Shown in pieces: positions 48,401-58,795 of a stretch of 64,000 nt of DNA. The DNA lies in assembly GCA_035308425.1 (NCBI GenBank), contig DATGGP010000015.1, positions 23,521 to 87,520 of the forward strand, written 5' to 3'. Origin of the DNA: Casimicrobiaceae bacterium. Its GTDB lineage: Bacteria > Pseudomonadota > Gammaproteobacteria > Burkholderiales > Casimicrobiaceae. Every line of letters begins with the position of its first letter. Within the stretch, counting starts at the first letter, position 1. The translations under genes were made by a program, and so were the position numbers. The notes under the pieces are model-generated. The model saw only the letters and a list, made by a program, of their open reading frames with translations. It ran no database searches and was not told where the DNA came from.

Positions 48401-51400
48401 GGTTCGCGCGAGCCACACGCTTTGCGGCATTCACCGCACCGGCGGCATCGCGTTGATCGCGTCGACGGCGCGCGCGCTCGAGCAGTCGCTGCTCGCGCTC
48501 GAGGAGCACGGCGCGCCGTTCCCGGGCGTCGCGCAGCCGGTGCTCGCGCGCGCGGTCGCGGGGCTCGCGCATTTCGTCGGCCGCGTCAAGGCCAGGGACC
48601 CGTTCACGTCGAGCGACGAACGCGAAGCCGCCGATGTCGCGCGCGAGCTCGACGAGTTGCGCCAGGAAGCGCTTGCCAACCTTCCGCCGGCCGAGCCGCT
48701 GATTCCCGTCGATGAGGCGAGCGACAGGCTCGAGCTCGTCGCCGACGAGCCCGTGGTTCCTGTCAAGGAGACCGTCCCCGCCGCGGAAGCGCAGCCGACG
48801 TTGGAAATGGCCGAAGCCGAAGCGGGCGTGGACGACGACACCACGGAGGTCGCGCTCGACGATGTGGCGGACGAAACGTCGGCCGAGACGTCGATGTCGG
48901 AAGTGGCGCCGTCCGATGTGGCGACGCCACAGCGCGAAACACCGGAGTTCCCGGCTTTCGAAATCGCGTCATCGGAAATCTCGACCGCGGAAGTCGCATC
49001 ACCGGAAACTGCGACACCGCAAATCGCATCATCGGAAACGGCGACAGATACCGAAGCGACGTCGGAAGCTGCGCCCGATGCATCGTGGCAGGCCGCCGCA
49101 TTGATCGCCGCCGCCGCGGAAGCGAAGGCGCCGAGCGACGAATCGCTGCTCGATGTCGTCGACGATCTCGATGCGACGATCCTGCCGATCTTCCTCGAGG
49201 AGGCGGGCGAACTGTTCCCGCAGGCCGGCGAGCTTCTGCGCGGATGGCGCCGCGAGCCCGACGATGGCGCGAGCGCCGCGCAATTGCGCCGCATGCTGCA
49301 TACCCTCAAAGGCAGCGCGCGGATGGCGGGTGCGATGCGCTTGGGCGAGCTCGCGCATCGGATGGAATCGCGCCTCACGTTCGGCGACAAGGCGGTGATG
49401 CCGAGCGGCGAGCTGTTCGAGGCGCTCGACACCGATCTCGACCGCGTGAGCTTCGTGCTCGACGCATTGCGCGAAGGCAAGGCGAACGTCGCGCTGCCGT
49501 GGCTCGCGCCGATCGCGACGCTGCCCGAGCCGCGTACGCCCGAACCGCAACCCGAGGCGGCGCCACCGGACGATGCGCCTGCGTGGCAGCCGGGCGCCGC
49601 GACGACCGATACACCGCGCCGGCGCGCGTCCGATCGCGTCGAAAGCGACGGTGCCCGCGCGATGCTGCGCGTGCGCGCCGACGTCGTCGACCAGCTCGTC
49701 AACGAGGCGGGCGAGGTCGCGATCGCACGTGCGCGCGTCGAAGGCGAATTGCGCGCGCTGAAGGCGAACCTGCTCGAGCTCACGGGCAGCGTGATCAGGC
49801 TGCGAAGCCAGGTGCGCGAGATCGAGCTCGCCGCCGAGACGCAGATCCAGTCGCGGATGTCGTCGGTGACGCCGTCGCAGGAGGATTTCGATCCGCTGGA
49901 GCTCGACCGCTACACGCGCTTCCAGGAGTTGACGCGCTCGCTCGCCGAAGGCGTGAACGACGTGTCGACGGTGCAGCAATCTCTGCTCAAGAATCTCGAC
50001 GACGCCGATGCGGCGCTGCTCGCGCAGGCGCGACTGTCGCGTGACGTGCAGCAGCGGCTCTTCGCGATTCGCACGGTGCCCTTCGCGAGCCTGTCCGAGC
50101 GGCTGTACCGGATCCTGCGCAAGACGGCGCGCGAGCTCGACAAGCGCGCGAACCTCGAAATTCACGGCGGCCAGACCGAGCTCGATCGCTCGGTGCTCGA
50201 GAAGCTCGTCGGACCCCTCGAGCATCTGCTGCGAAACGCCCTCGACCATGGTCTCGAAACGCGCGCGGCGCGGGTCGCGGCGGGCAAGTCCGAGACGGGC
50301 GAGATCTCGCTTTCCGTGCGCCAGGTCGGCAACGAGATCGCCATCGAGCTTGCCGACGACGGCGCGGGCATCGACTTCGAGCGCGTGCGCGAACGCGCCG
50401 TGGCGCTGTCGATCCTCGCACCCGGCAGCGAGCCGACGATCCACGAGCTCGTCGAGTGCCTGTTCCATCCCGGATTCTCGACCGCGTCGCGTGTCACCCA
50501 GATTTCGGGTCGCGGCATCGGCATGGACGTCGTGCGAAACGAGATCGCCGCGCTCGGCGGGCGGATCGACATTCACACGACACCGGGCAAGGGGACGCGA
50601 TTCAATCTGTTCCTGCCGCTGACGCTCGCCGTCGCCCAGGCCGTTCTCGTGCGCGCGAGCGGACGCACGTGGGCGTTGCCCGCGCAGATGGTCGAGCAGG
50701 TGCAGCAGGTCAAGGCCGACGTGCTTCGCTCGCTTTATGCCGATGCGCGGGTGCAATGGCAGGGTCGCGCATGGCCGTTCCACTATCTGCCGCGATTGCT
50801 CGGCGATACGTGGAGCACGCCGGTGATGGCGCGCTACAACGCCGTGCTGCTCGCCCGGAGCGGGCAGGGCATCGCCGCGATCCACGTCGACGAGATGCTC
50901 GGCAACCAGGAAGTCGTGGTGAAGAACATCGGGTCGCAGCTCGCGCGCGTGCCCGGCATCTCGGGCGCCACCGTGCTTGGCACCGGGGAGATCGTGCTGA
51001 TCATCAATCCGGTGCAGCTCACGCAGCGAAGCGGCGTGGTTCGCTACGATCCTTCGGAAGAGTCAGGACTCGGCGGCGAGCACCATGCCGCGAGCTCCGT
51101 GGCGCCGGCGCGGCCGCTCGTGATGGTCGTCGACGATTCGCTGACGGTTCGCAAGTTCACGACGCGACTGCTTTCGCGCGAAGGCTACGACGTCGTCACC
51201 GCGCGCGACGGCATCGACGCGTTGAAGATGCTGTCCGACCATACGCCGCAGGCGATCCTCCTCGACATCGAGATGCCGCGCATGGACGGCTTCGAGTTCG
51301 CGAAGACGATCAAGGGTGACGCGCGCACCGCCGCGATCCCGGTGATCATGATCACGTCGCGCACCGCCGACAAGCATCGCAACCGCGCGGCGGAGCTCGG

Positions 51401-51476
51401 CGTCAGGCGTTTCCTCGGCAAGCCGTACCAGGAGGACGAACTGCTGGGTGCGATGCGCGGGGTACTGCGTCCGTGA
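45414..51476 (+). CDS. chpA: Hybrid CheA-like kinase ChpA/PilL (multiple Hpt, HATPase, CheW, REC)
   Basis: 2020 aa; Hpt motifs [10 protein letters not shown] and [31 protein letters not shown]-terminal VDDSLTVR...DIEMPRMDG. Start TTG 45414 or ATG 45429. Confidence 0.93.
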   Translation: MKSLAMESARVLTETAPEFDLGPLTWVQGEIDEALSRGSDALASLRAAPGDTNALNHARSHIHQAAGAIQMVSLDGVVAFTDEIERHVSRMQELSADAMPAAVDVVVRAVDRLRVFLDEVANGAPPIPLALAPEYEAMRRSRGCETTSAADLFYPELNVRSPRPSPAEIMPAARLSSHLVKERRQYQRGLLEWLRGAPSGAAMMREAILSIEDVTAQPALRAFWWTAGALLDALEKNAIEPSFNVKQLVARIDMQIRRVTEGSAKVADRLRREVLYQIAMAKPATPSIEAVQRTYRLAALVPSPEALDADMVRIKPLLREGRDQIAGAKDAWLKAASGRGEGNAKVAQLLAAAHAKARDINHPALVKLTGGLVERFSTLPASDASEPLAMEFATALLLAESAFENFGNLSRDFDAQVDAMLARLSSANAGQAAGAPVLDEMSRRAQERVLLSQVLREVQVNLRHMEQVLDAFFRDHTRRADLAGLAKESRQIRGALRMLELDHADRLLALCEAQIESYADPTTPVDEEGLELLAESLSGLGFYIEAVLHQRPDRERIIAPLIAKREGAAPPPVLVEASVEESVAELRASLPKLLADVRDAPSDPLARGELREKLVALRDDADLIGDSELVAQVKTAIREIDGGAGESALAASVDLIVESGTAPAPAISEETQRLLATDASALDAELLDIYLTEANEVLDTVDAHLAVLQHSPGERDALVTVRRQFHTLKGSGRMVGLTGLGDLAWGVERAHNRVLEEDRRVTPNMLALIGVAATSFRKWVGELRENGRFATDAAPLLAAIRAVETEWPGSSAADSHTIATQDVAIAHERGSKDVAAAPVAESHDASEISEEAANAPDLELVTFPELGAPLADDATPTVTVLEQSLGETIDVGLPLDSRDAGKPMLRVVADNTSTHAGDARARPPSGHARDLTLLSDASRAEPSTTPESDEVAFGDVRLSSSLWRILCDEAEQHIALLQHEISVLQFDPEHWPIATMVRASHTLCGIHRTGGIALIASTARALEQSLLALEEHGAPFPGVAQPVLARAVAGLAHFVGRVKARDPFTSSDEREAADVARELDELRQEALANLPPAEPLIPVDEASDRLELVADEPVVPVKETVPAAEAQPTLEMAEAEAGVDDDTTEVALDDVADETSAETSMSEVAPSDVATPQRETPEFPAFEIASSEISTAEVASPETATPQIASSETATDTEATSEAAPDASWQAAALIAAAAEAKAPSDESLLDVVDDLDATILPIFLEEAGELFPQAGELLRGWRREPDDGASAAQLRRMLHTLKGSARMAGAMRLGELAHRMESRLTFGDKAVMPSGELFEALDTDLDRVSFVLDALREGKANVALPWLAPIATLPEPRTPEPQPEAAPPDDAPAWQPGAATTDTPRRRASDRVESDGARAMLRVRADVVDQLVNEAGEVAIARARVEGELRALKANLLELTGSVIRLRSQVREIELAAETQIQSRMSSVTPSQEDFDPLELDRYTRFQELTRSLAEGVNDVSTVQQSLLKNLDDADAALLAQARLSRDVQQRLFAIRTVPFASLSERLYRILRKTARELDKRANLEIHGGQTELDRSVLEKLVGPLEHLLRNALDHGLETRAARVAAGKSETGEISLSVRQVGNEIAIELADDGAGIDFERVRERAVALSILAPGSEPTIHELVECLFHPGFSTASRVTQISGRGIGMDVVRNEIAALGGRIDIHTTPGKGTRFNLFLPLTLAVAQAVLVRASGRTWALPAQMVEQVQQVKADVLRSLYADARVQWQGRAWPFHYLPRLLGDTWSTPVMARYNAVLLARSGQGIAAIHVDEMLGNQEVVVKNIGSQLARVPGISGATVLGTGEIVLIINPVQLTQRSGVVRYDPSEESGLGGEHHAASSVAPARPLVMVVDDSLTVRKFTTRLLSREGYDVVTARDGIDALKMLSDHTPQAILLDIEMPRMDGFEFAKTIKGDARTAAIPVIMITSRTADKHRNRAAELGVRRFLGKPYQEDELLGAMRGVLRP
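48900..49049 (+). repeat. Degenerate 15-bp (pentapeptide) tandem repeat inside chpA
   Basis: Encodes [50 protein letters not shown]. The last six units are clearly related at the DNA level (GAAATCGCATCATCG-like). Confidence 0.75.
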
Positions 51477-51477
51477 T

Positions 51478-52437
51478 CTAAACCGTATGCAGCCCTCTCG
51501 GCGGCTGCCCGACCGGCTCCCATTCGATCCGCTCGTATTCGGCGATCACCTGTGCGCCGAAGAGCAGCACGATCGCCGCGAGCTCGAGCGACAGCAGCAC
51601 GACGATCGACGTCGTGAGCGATCCATACACCGTCTGCACCTGCGACAGTGTCGCGAAGTACCAGACGAGAACGTGACGCGATATTTCCCATAGAATCGTC
51701 GCGCTGCCGCCGCCGATCAGCGCGTGGCGCCACGAAAGACGTCCCACCGGCATGACAAAGTAGATCGACGCGAGGACGAACACTTCGCCGAGCACGCCGA
51801 TCAGGTAAAAGAGCGTGCGCGACACGACGGAGAGCGACAGCTCGTGGCCGAGCACGTCGAGCCGCGCGAGCGCGAGCGATTGCAGCGCGCCCGCCATCAG
51901 CGTCACGACGAGCAAGCCCACGCCGAGCAGCAGAATGTAGAGATAGGGAATCAGCACCGAGATCATGAACGGGCGCCGGCGCTTCAGCACCCGGTGGTAG
52001 AAGATCACCGACATCGCGGTCTCGAGCACCGAGAACGCGAGCGAGCTGAAGAAGATCAGCGTGATGGCGAGCGTCCAGCCGATCACCTCGCGATGCGCGA
52101 TGAATGCGCGAAGCTCGCGGATCAGGGGCGCCGATTGTCCCGGCGCCACGATTTCGAGATAACGCGCGAGCGTGGCCATCAACTGCCCGGCATCGATGGC
52201 ATGCGAGAGGATGATCACGAGCAGGATCATCAGCGGCACGATCGACAGCAGCGTGTAATAGGCGACGCCGCCCGCCAGCAGCAGACCCTGATTGGCGCGA
52301 AACGCGCGGATCGTCGACAGCGCGAATCCGAGCGGATCGCGCGCGATCTTGCGCGCCGCGCGGGAAACTCCGGGCCGGGGAGCCGCGCTGTCGCGCACCT
52401 CGTCGATGCCGTTCCGTCGTCGGGGCGGCGACTGCAT
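51478..52437 (-). CDS. YihY/BrkB family membrane protein
   Basis: AGGVAYYTLLSIVPL and YGSLTTSIVVLLSL..AAIVLLFGAQV motifs; multiple TMs. Start approximate. Confidence 0.88.
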   Translation of the reverse strand: MQSPPRRRNGIDEVRDSAAPRPGVSRAARKIARDPLGFALSTIRAFRANQGLLLAGGVAYYTLLSIVPLMILLVIILSHAIDAGQLMATLARYLEIVAPGQSAPLIRELRAFIAHREVIGWTLAITLIFFSSLAFSVLETAMSVIFYHRVLKRRRPFMISVLIPYLYILLLGVGLLVVTLMAGALQSLALARLDVLGHELSLSVVSRTLFYLIGVLGEVFVLASIYFVMPVGRLSWRHALIGGGSATILWEISRHVLVWYFATLSQVQTVYGSLTTSIVVLLSLELAAIVLLFGAQVIAEYERIEWEPVGQPPRGLHTV

Positions 52438-52552
52438 CCTACCTGCTTCGCGAAAGCGGAGCGTGCCGCTTGTGCTCGATGCAACGCGCTCGGGCTGACA
52501 GGAGCAGACATCGGCGGTACATTTCCCTCCATACCCGACGAAGGAGACGACG

Positions 52553-54604
52553 ATGGCGGATTACGCGACGGAAAACATTCGTACCGTAGCGTGGGTGGGC
52601 GACGGGGGTGCGGGCAAGACCACCCTCGTCGAGGCGCTGCTTGCAAAGGCGGGCGCGATTCAGGCCGCGGGCAGCGTGGAGCGGGGCAGCACCGTCAGCG
52701 ATTTCGACCCGCTCGAGAAGACGTATCAGCATTCGCTTCGCGCGTCCGTCGTCCATCTCGAGACCGATGGCACGCGCATCCACATGATCGACACACCGGG
52801 GCTGCCCGACTTCATCGGACAAGCGATCGGCGCGCTCGATGCGGTCGAAACCGCGGCCATCGTGGTCAATGCCGCGACGAGCGTTCAGATGATTGGCGCG
52901 CGGATGATGGAATGGGCGGGCGAGCGCAAGCTTTGCAGGCTCGTCGTGATCAATCGCATCGATGCCGAGAACGTCGACCTGCCCGCGGTGCTGGAAGCGG
53001 TGCGCACGGCATTCGGCAAGGAATGTCTGCCGATCAATCTGCCCGCCGACGGCGGCAAGCGCGTCGTCGACTGCTTCTTCAACCCTTCCGGGGATTCCGA
53101 TTTTTCGTCGGTCGAGCACGCGCATGGCGCGCTGGTCGATCAGGTCGTCGAGGTCGACGAGGAACTGATGTCGCTCTACCTCGAGCAGGGCGAGGTCGCG
53201 CCCGAGCAATTGCATGCGCCGTTCGAGAAGGCGTTGCGCGAAGGGCATCTCGTTCCGGTCTGTTTCGTCTCGGCGCGCACAGGCACCGGCGTCTCGGAGT
53301 TGCTCGACATCCTGGTCAAGCTCGCGCCGAACCCCGCCGAGGGCAACCCGCCGCTTTTCATCAAAGGGGAGGGCGAAAGCGCGACGGAGTTCCATTCGGC
53401 GCCCGATCCGAAGCTGCACGTGCTCGCGCACGTCTTCAAGGTCGTGGTGGACCCGTTCGTCGGCAAGCTCGGCGTGTTTCGCGTCCATCAGGGGACCGTG
53501 ACGCGCGACACGCAGCTTTTTGTCGGCGACGGCCGCAAGCCGTTCAAGGTCGGACATCTCTTCATTGTGCAGGGAGGAAAATATATCGAGATCGACCGCG
53601 CGGTGCCCGGCGATCTCGCGGCGATCGCGAAGGTCGACGAGATCGTGTTCGACTGCGTGCTGCACGACTCGCACGACGAGGATCAGATCCACATGCGGCC
53701 GCTTCGCTTCCCGGTGCCGATGCATGGCTTCGCGATCACGCCGAAGCGCCGGGGCGACGAGCAGCGCATTTCCGACGTGCTGCACAAGATGATCGCCGAG
53801 GATCCGACGCTCGTCGTCGCGCACGACGCCGTAGCGAACGAGACGGTGCTGCGCGGCTTGGGCGAGCTCCATTTGCGTTCGGTCTTCGAGCGGATGGCGA
53901 CGCAGTTCAAGCTCGAGGTCGAGACGCGTCCCCCACGCGTGCCCTATCGCGAGACCGTCACCGCGAAAGCCGAAGGCCATCATCGGCACAAGAAGCAGAC
54001 CGGCGGTGCGGGGCAGTTCGGCGAAGTGTATTTGCGCATCGAGCCGCTACCGCGCGGCACGGGCTTCGAGTTCGTCGATCAGGTGAAGGGCGGCGCGATT
54101 CCGAACACGTTGATCCCCGCGGTGCAAAAGGGGGTCGAGCAGGTGTTGACCGCCGGGCCGGTCGCCGGCTTCCCGCTGCAGGACGTGCGCGTGACCGTCT
54201 ACGACGGCAAGTATCACCCGGTCGACTCGAAGGAGGTCGCGTTCGTCGCGGCCGGTCGCAAGGCGTTCCTCGATGCGATCGGGAAGGCGAAACCGATCGT
54301 GCTCGAGCCGATCGTCGGCGTCGAGATCAATTGCCCCGCGAACACGATGGGCGATGTCGCCGGCGACCTGTCATCGCGGCGCGGCCAGGTGACCGGCACG
54401 CAGACGCTGCAGGCGAACATGCTCGCGGTCAACGGCTACGCCCCGCTTGCCGAGCTCGACGGCTACGCCGCGCGCCTCAAATCGATGACCGGCGGCCACG
54501 GCGCCTGGACGATGTCGCTTTCGCATTACGAGCAGGCACCGCCAAATCTGCAGAGCCAGCTCGCGACCGAATATGCGAAGCATCGGCGGCACGAGGAGGA
54601 GTAG
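52553..54604 (+). CDS. Elongation factor G paralogue (EF-G2/FusA-like)
   Basis: 683 aa; GDGGAGKTT, DTPG, NRID, LRGLGELHL, KKQTGGAGQFG and YHPVDS motifs. Lacks the canonical RGITI effector motif. AAGGAG RBS. Confidence 0.92.
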   Translation: MADYATENIRTVAWVGDGGAGKTTLVEALLAKAGAIQAAGSVERGSTVSDFDPLEKTYQHSLRASVVHLETDGTRIHMIDTPGLPDFIGQAIGALDAVETAAIVVNAATSVQMIGARMMEWAGERKLCRLVVINRIDAENVDLPAVLEAVRTAFGKECLPINLPADGGKRVVDCFFNPSGDSDFSSVEHAHGALVDQVVEVDEELMSLYLEQGEVAPEQLHAPFEKALREGHLVPVCFVSARTGTGVSELLDILVKLAPNPAEGNPPLFIKGEGESATEFHSAPDPKLHVLAHVFKVVVDPFVGKLGVFRVHQGTVTRDTQLFVGDGRKPFKVGHLFIVQGGKYIEIDRAVPGDLAAIAKVDEIVFDCVLHDSHDEDQIHMRPLRFPVPMHGFAITPKRRGDEQRISDVLHKMIAEDPTLVVAHDAVANETVLRGLGELHLRSVFERMATQFKLEVETRPPRVPYRETVTAKAEGHHRHKKQTGGAGQFGEVYLRIEPLPRGTGFEFVDQVKGGAIPNTLIPAVQKGVEQVLTAGPVAGFPLQDVRVTVYDGKYHPVDSKEVAFVAAGRKAFLDAIGKAKPIVLEPIVGVEINCPANTMGDVAGDLSSRRGQVTGTQTLQANMLAVNGYAPLAELDGYAARLKSMTGGHGAWTMSLSHYEQAPPNLQSQLATEYAKHRRHEEE

Positions 54605-54623
54605 CGAAAAGCGCGATCGCAAC

Positions 54624-54687
54624 GGCGATTCACCTGGAAACTCGGGCCCCCGGCGGTTCAAAGCGGGACGAGCTCTACGAGGAACGC
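54624..54687 (+). pseudogene. Relic of an antitoxin C-terminus (VapC partner)
   Basis: With one -1 frameshift it reads GDSPGNSGPRRFKRDELYEER, resembling the G..RF.RDELY.R C-termini of antitoxins upstream of PIN toxins. Confidence 0.45.
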
Positions 54688-54765
54688 ATCGCCGTTATCG
54701 ACCGCGATGAGAGCGACGAGCTGTGCGGATCGCGAACCGCGTGCCCGTTGGCGCTGGCCAGGCGC

Positions 54766-55050
54766 GTGAGCCCTGCGAGTCGCGCCAAGGGCGAGCACGT
54801 CTTCGTCGATACGAACATCTTCGTCTACGCCGACGACCGAAGTGCGAAGGCGAAGCGGCCCCGTGCGCGAGCGGCGCGACTAAATTCGTGAGCGCCGCGA
54901 AATAATCCTCGGGGCTATCGACCTCCATCGGTTGCACAAGCTCTCCTTTTGGGATGCGCTGGTCGTCAAAGCAGCGAGCGCAACGGGTTGCCCGCGCCTG
55001 CTGAGCGAAGATCTCGCCGACGGCCAGGCTATCGACGTCCGTCGTCAAAA
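54766..55050 (+). pseudogene. vapC: PIN-domain (VapC) toxin pseudogene
   Basis: VFVDTNIFVYADD (stop at 54891), then in another frame HKLSFWDALVVKAA..GCPRLLSEDL.DGQ; the middle of the domain is missing. Confidence 0.8.
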
Positions 55051-55791
55051 CTCGTACTCGACCTGCGCGCGGAACGTCCTCGCCGGCGCTGCGTCGGACA
55101 GTCTGAACAGCACCGCCGCGTCGTACTTCAGCACCTGCCGGCCGCCGAGCGGGAACTTGCCGAAGATCGCCGGCCCCGCCATGTGCTCCTGCGCTCGCGC
55201 GGGCGCCCAGTCGTTCCACTGACCGACCTCGCCGAATCCCTGTGCGCCGAAATCGAGCGCCGGCTGCCACCGGTAACGAAGCTGCCATTGGTATTCGAGC
55301 TCGGTGACCTCGGGCTCGCTCGCGTGATAGTGGCGTTCGAGAAACACGTTGAAATTCGCCTGTACGGGCCCGAAGTCCTTCTGCATCAACGGTCCGATCC
55401 GCAACTCGTAACCTTCGGCGTGATCGTGAGGAAACTCGGTCTCGACGAGCAGCCCGAAGTCGGCGAAATACTGGCCGGGCTCGGTCAACTGAAATTTGTT
55501 TTCCCATTCGACTGCGTCGAAGCTCGTCGCGCCGCTGCGATGCCATTTGCCGTAGATCTCGGTCGCCCACCACGGCGTCACGCCATAACCGAACGCGAGC
55601 GACGCCGCCGATTGACGATGCGGATCGTCGGTCGGGCTCGCAGTCCCGAGCCGAAGCTCGATCTCGCGCTCGCCGTATTCGACCGCCGGCACCGCAACGT
55701 AGTCGTCGGGATCGGCATGCGCGAGCGGCGCGAGCGACAACAGCGGAAGCGCAGCGGCGACGATCGCCAGCACGTGCGCGGGCGTTCTCAT
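55045..55791 (-). CDS. Putative outer-membrane beta-barrel protein
   Basis: 248 aa; signal peptide ending AHA, alternating amphipathic segments, C-terminal VEYEF (BAM-type terminal Phe). ATGA-coupled to the cupredoxin gene. Confidence 0.75.
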   Translation of the reverse strand: MRTPAHVLAIVAAALPLLSLAPLAHADPDDYVAVPAVEYGEREIELRLGTASPTDDPHRQSAASLAFGYGVTPWWATEIYGKWHRSGATSFDAVEWENKFQLTEPGQYFADFGLLVETEFPHDHAEGYELRIGPLMQKDFGPVQANFNVFLERHYHASEPEVTELEYQWQLRYRWQPALDFGAQGFGEVGQWNDWAPARAQEHMAGPAIFGKFPLGGRQVLKYDAAVLFRLSDAAPARTFRAQVEYEF

Positions 55792-56123
55792 TGCGCGACC
55801 ACGATGCCTTGCGCCGTGTCGGCGTGGAATTCGCCCATGAACGAATAGCGTCCGGGCGCAAGCGGGCCGATGAAGACCGTCGCTTTCGATTTGCCAGCGA
55901 TCACTTTTTCGCGATTGAGCGCATGGCTGTCGAACTCCTCGGGTGTCGCGTCCTGGTTGTCGACGACGAGCTTCACCTTCGTGTTCGCCGGGATGCGGAC
56001 CTCGGCGGGCGTGAACTTGTGGTCGCGAATGGTCAGCGCGAATTCGGGCTCGCCGGCGGCCTGCGCGAGGCCGACGGCGCACGCAAGCGCGAGCGACAGC
56101 AAGAGGCGGATCGGCACGGTCAT
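55788..56123 (-). CDS. Periplasmic cupredoxin-domain protein, FtrB/EfeO-cupredoxin-like
   Basis: 111 aa; GAGGAG RBS, signal peptide, [23 protein letters not shown] and [11 protein letters not shown] motifs. Confidence 0.88.
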   Translation of the reverse strand: MTVPIRLLLSLALACAVGLAQAAGEPEFALTIRDHKFTPAEVRIPANTKVKLVVDNQDATPEEFDSHALNREKVIAGKSKATVFIGPLAPGRYSFMGEFHADTAQGIVVAQ

Positions 56124-56149
56124 CTCCTCGGTTCTAGGTTTGAAACGAG

Positions 56150-56168
56150 GATGATAACCATTCTCATT
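56150..56168. promoter_or_regulatory. Fur box
   Basis: TGATAAC-C-ATTCTCA (56152-56166) matches the 7-1-7 consensus TGATAAT-N-ATTATCA at 12/14; about 30 nt upstream of the cupredoxin start. Confidence 0.8.
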
Positions 56169-56297
56169 CGCATGCGACAAGCGGTTTGGACGGACGGTCA
56201 ACGTTCGCTGGCGCCCTGTTCGGTCGCGCTTGCGGCCGGCCTTCGATTGTGCGGGCCGGGGCGCGCCGGCTACAATTCGAGTCGAGTGGGCGAATCG

Positions 56298-56849
56298 GTG
56301 AACCTCACACACCATTTCCTGATCGCCATGCCGGCCATGGCCGATCCCCACTTCGCCAATTCGCTCACCTATGTCTGCGAGCACAACGACGAGGGAGCGC
56401 TCGGCATCGTCATCAACAAGCCGATCGACCTGACGCTCGAAGCGCTGTTCGAGCAGATCGAGATTCCGCTTTCCGACCGCGCGCTGTCCGAGGCGCAGGT
56501 CCACTTCGGCGGGCCCGTCCAGCTCGACCGGGGATTCGTGCTGCATCGGCCGATCGGCAACTGGCAGTCGACGCTTCCGATCCACAACGAGGTCGGCCTG
56601 ACGACGTCCAAGGACGTGCTCGAGGCGGCCGGCCGCGGCGAGGGCCCGAAGGATATGTTCGTATCGCTCGGCTACGCCGGCTGGCAGGCCGGGCAGCTCG
56701 AGCACGAGCTCGCGCAGAACGCGTGGCTCACCGTCGAGGCCGACCCCGACGTGCTCTTCGATCTGCCGGCCGAGCGCCGGCTACCCGCCGCGGTGCGCTT
56801 GCTCGGGATCGACATTTCGCGGCTCTCCGATACCGCCGGCCACGGGTGA
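56298..56849 (+). CDS. yqgE: YqgE/AlgH family protein
   Basis: [29 protein letters not shown] and [17 protein letters not shown] motifs. GTG start. Confidence 0.92.
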   Translation: MNLTHHFLIAMPAMADPHFANSLTYVCEHNDEGALGIVINKPIDLTLEALFEQIEIPLSDRALSEAQVHFGGPVQLDRGFVLHRPIGNWQSTLPIHNEVGLTTSKDVLEAAGRGEGPKDMFVSLGYAGWQAGQLEHELAQNAWLTVEADPDVLFDLPAERRLPAAVRLLGIDISRLSDTAGHG

Positions 56850-56856
56850 GCGTGCG

Positions 56857-57279
56857 ATGGGACCGGACGCGACCGTGCTCGCGTTCGATTTCGGTACGCG
56901 GCGGATCGGCGTCGCCGTCGGCAACACGTTGACGCGCACCGCGCATCCGCTCGCGACGATCGAGGCCGCGGATTCGCGCGCGCGCTTCGCGTCGATCGGC
57001 GCGCTGATCGGGGAATGGCAGCCGGCGCGCCTTGTCGTAGGCCTGCCCGTTCATGTGGATGGCAGCGAGCACGCGATGACCGGCAAGGCGCGCGCCTTCG
57101 CCGGCGAGGTTTCGCGTCGCTTCGCCTTGCCCGTCGAATTCGAGGACGAGCGGCATTCGTCGCAGGTCGCGCGCGAAACGCTCGCCTCGCACGGACGCGG
57201 CGGACGAACCGACCGAGCGCTGCGCGACCAGGTCGCCGCGCAGATCATCCTGCAGGCCTGGCTCGATCGGAACGCATGA
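56857..57279 (+). CDS. ruvX: Pre-16S rRNA nuclease / Holliday junction resolvase-like RuvX
   Basis: LAFDFGTRRIGVAVG, VVGLP, EDERHSS and DQVAAQIIL motifs. Confidence 0.93.
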   Translation: MGPDATVLAFDFGTRRIGVAVGNTLTRTAHPLATIEAADSRARFASIGALIGEWQPARLVVGLPVHVDGSEHAMTGKARAFAGEVSRRFALPVEFEDERHSSQVARETLASHGRGGRTDRALRDQVAAQIILQAWLDRNA

Positions 57280-57815
57280 ATCAGGAACAAGCGCTGCCCG
57301 ATGCGGAACACGCGCTCGCGACGCTCGTCCTGCGCATGGGCGGCGCCGTCGCACACGATGCGGCGCTCGTCGGCATCTATTCCGGTGGCGCGTGGGTCGC
57401 CGAGCGGCTCGCCGCGCAATTGCCCGGTGCGCACCCACTCGGATTCATCGATGTCTCCTACTATCGCGATGACTACGAGATCTCGGGACTCAAGGCGAAC
57501 GCTCGGCGCACGTCGCTGCCGTTCGACGTCGCGGGCGCGTCGATCGTGCTGATCGACGACGTGCTCTACACCGGGCGCAGCGTGCGCGCGGCGATCAACG
57601 AGCTCTTCGACTTCGGGCGACCCGAACGGATCGAGCTCGCCGTTCTTGTCGACCGCGGCGGCCGCGAGCTTCCGGTCGAGCCGACGTACACCGGCGCGCG
57701 CCTTGCCGTCGCGCGCGATCTGTCGATCGTGCTGTCCCGCGATCCGGACGGGAAACTCGCTTTCGGCGTCGAGCCCGCGCGTCGGCGCGAGCGGGCCGAG
57801 CCGCGCGCGCGATGA
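57276..57815 (+). CDS. pyrR: PyrR uracil phosphoribosyltransferase / pyr regulator
   Basis: [24 protein letters not shown] and VDRGGRELP motifs. Confidence 0.93.
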   Translation: MNQEQALPDAEHALATLVLRMGGAVAHDAALVGIYSGGAWVAERLAAQLPGAHPLGFIDVSYYRDDYEISGLKANARRTSLPFDVAGASIVLIDDVLYTGRSVRAAINELFDFGRPERIELAVLVDRGGRELPVEPTYTGARLAVARDLSIVLSRDPDGKLAFGVEPARRRERAEPRAR

Positions 57816-57822
57816 CACGCGC

Positions 57823-58785
57823 ATGACTCGCAATCCGCAGATCAACCGCAATGGCGAGCTCACGCATCTGCTGACGCTCGAGGGTCTTCCGCCCGCGATC
57901 ATCACGCACATCCTCGACACCGCCGATCCTTTCGTGTCGATCGCCGAGCGCGAGGTCAAGAAGGTGCCGCTGCTTCGCGGCAAGGCGATGTTCAACCTCT
58001 TCTTCGAGAACTCGACGCGCACGCGCACGACGTTCGAAATCGCGGCCAAGCGGCTCTCCGCCGACGTGATCAACCTGAACATCGGCGTCTCGTCGACATC
58101 GAAGGGCGAGACGCTGCTCGACACCGTCGACAATCTCTGCGCGATGAACGCGGACCTTTTTGTAGTCCGACATTCCCAGTCGGGTGCGCCGCACCTGATC
58201 GCGTCGCATTTGACGCAGACCGGCCGCACGCACGTGCATGTCGTCAATGCCGGCGATGGCCGCCACGCGCATCCTACGCAAGGGTTGCTCGACCTTTACA
58301 CGATCCGCCACTACAAAAAGGAGTTTCGCGAGCTGACCGTCGCGATCGTCGGCGACATCCTGCATTCGCGCGTCGCGCGCTCGCTGATCCACGGACTCAC
58401 GACGATGCAGGTGCCACGCGTCCGCGTGATCGCCCCGCGTACGCTCTTGCCAACGGCGGTGCAATCGCTCGGCGTCGAGGTCGTGAATGACATGCGCGAG
58501 GGCCTTCGCGGCTGCGATGTGATCGTCATGCTGCGCCTGCAAAGCGAGCGGATGAAGGGGGCGCTTCTGCCCTCCGCCGGCGAATACTTCAAGCATTACG
58601 GACTCACCGCCGAGAAGCTCGCGCTCGCGAAACCCGACGCGATTGTCATGCATCCGGGACCGATGAATCGTGGCGTCGAGATCGATTCGTCGGTCGCGGA
58701 CGGTGCGCGCTCGGTGATCCTGCCACAGGTCACGTTCGGCATTGCTGTGCGAATGGCCGTGCTGTCGATCATCGCCGGAACATAG
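57823..58785 (+). CDS. pyrB: Aspartate carbamoyltransferase catalytic subunit
   Basis: [29 protein letters not shown] and [12 protein letters not shown] motifs. Confidence 0.96.
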   Translation: MTRNPQINRNGELTHLLTLEGLPPAIITHILDTADPFVSIAEREVKKVPLLRGKAMFNLFFENSTRTRTTFEIAAKRLSADVINLNIGVSSTSKGETLLDTVDNLCAMNADLFVVRHSQSGAPHLIASHLTQTGRTHVHVVNAGDGRHAHPTQGLLDLYTIRHYKKEFRELTVAIVGDILHSRVARSLIHGLTTMQVPRVRVIAPRTLLPTAVQSLGVEVVNDMREGLRGCDVIVMLRLQSERMKGALLPSAGEYFKHYGLTAEKLALAKPDAIVMHPGPMNRGVEIDSSVADGARSVILPQVTFGIAVRMAVLSIIAGT

Positions 58786-58795
58786 ATGACGACCT

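Noticed and set aside
51724-54891. 1055-aa ORF ending in a PIN-like FVDTNIFVY segment (apparent large fusion)
   Set aside because: It is an alternative frame over yihY and the EF-G paralogue; only its last ~40 codons are real (vapC relic).
57200-57830. PyrR-binding attenuator in the pyr operon
   Set aside because: No leader with antiterminator/terminator or a PyrR binding loop is visible; genes are tightly coupled.
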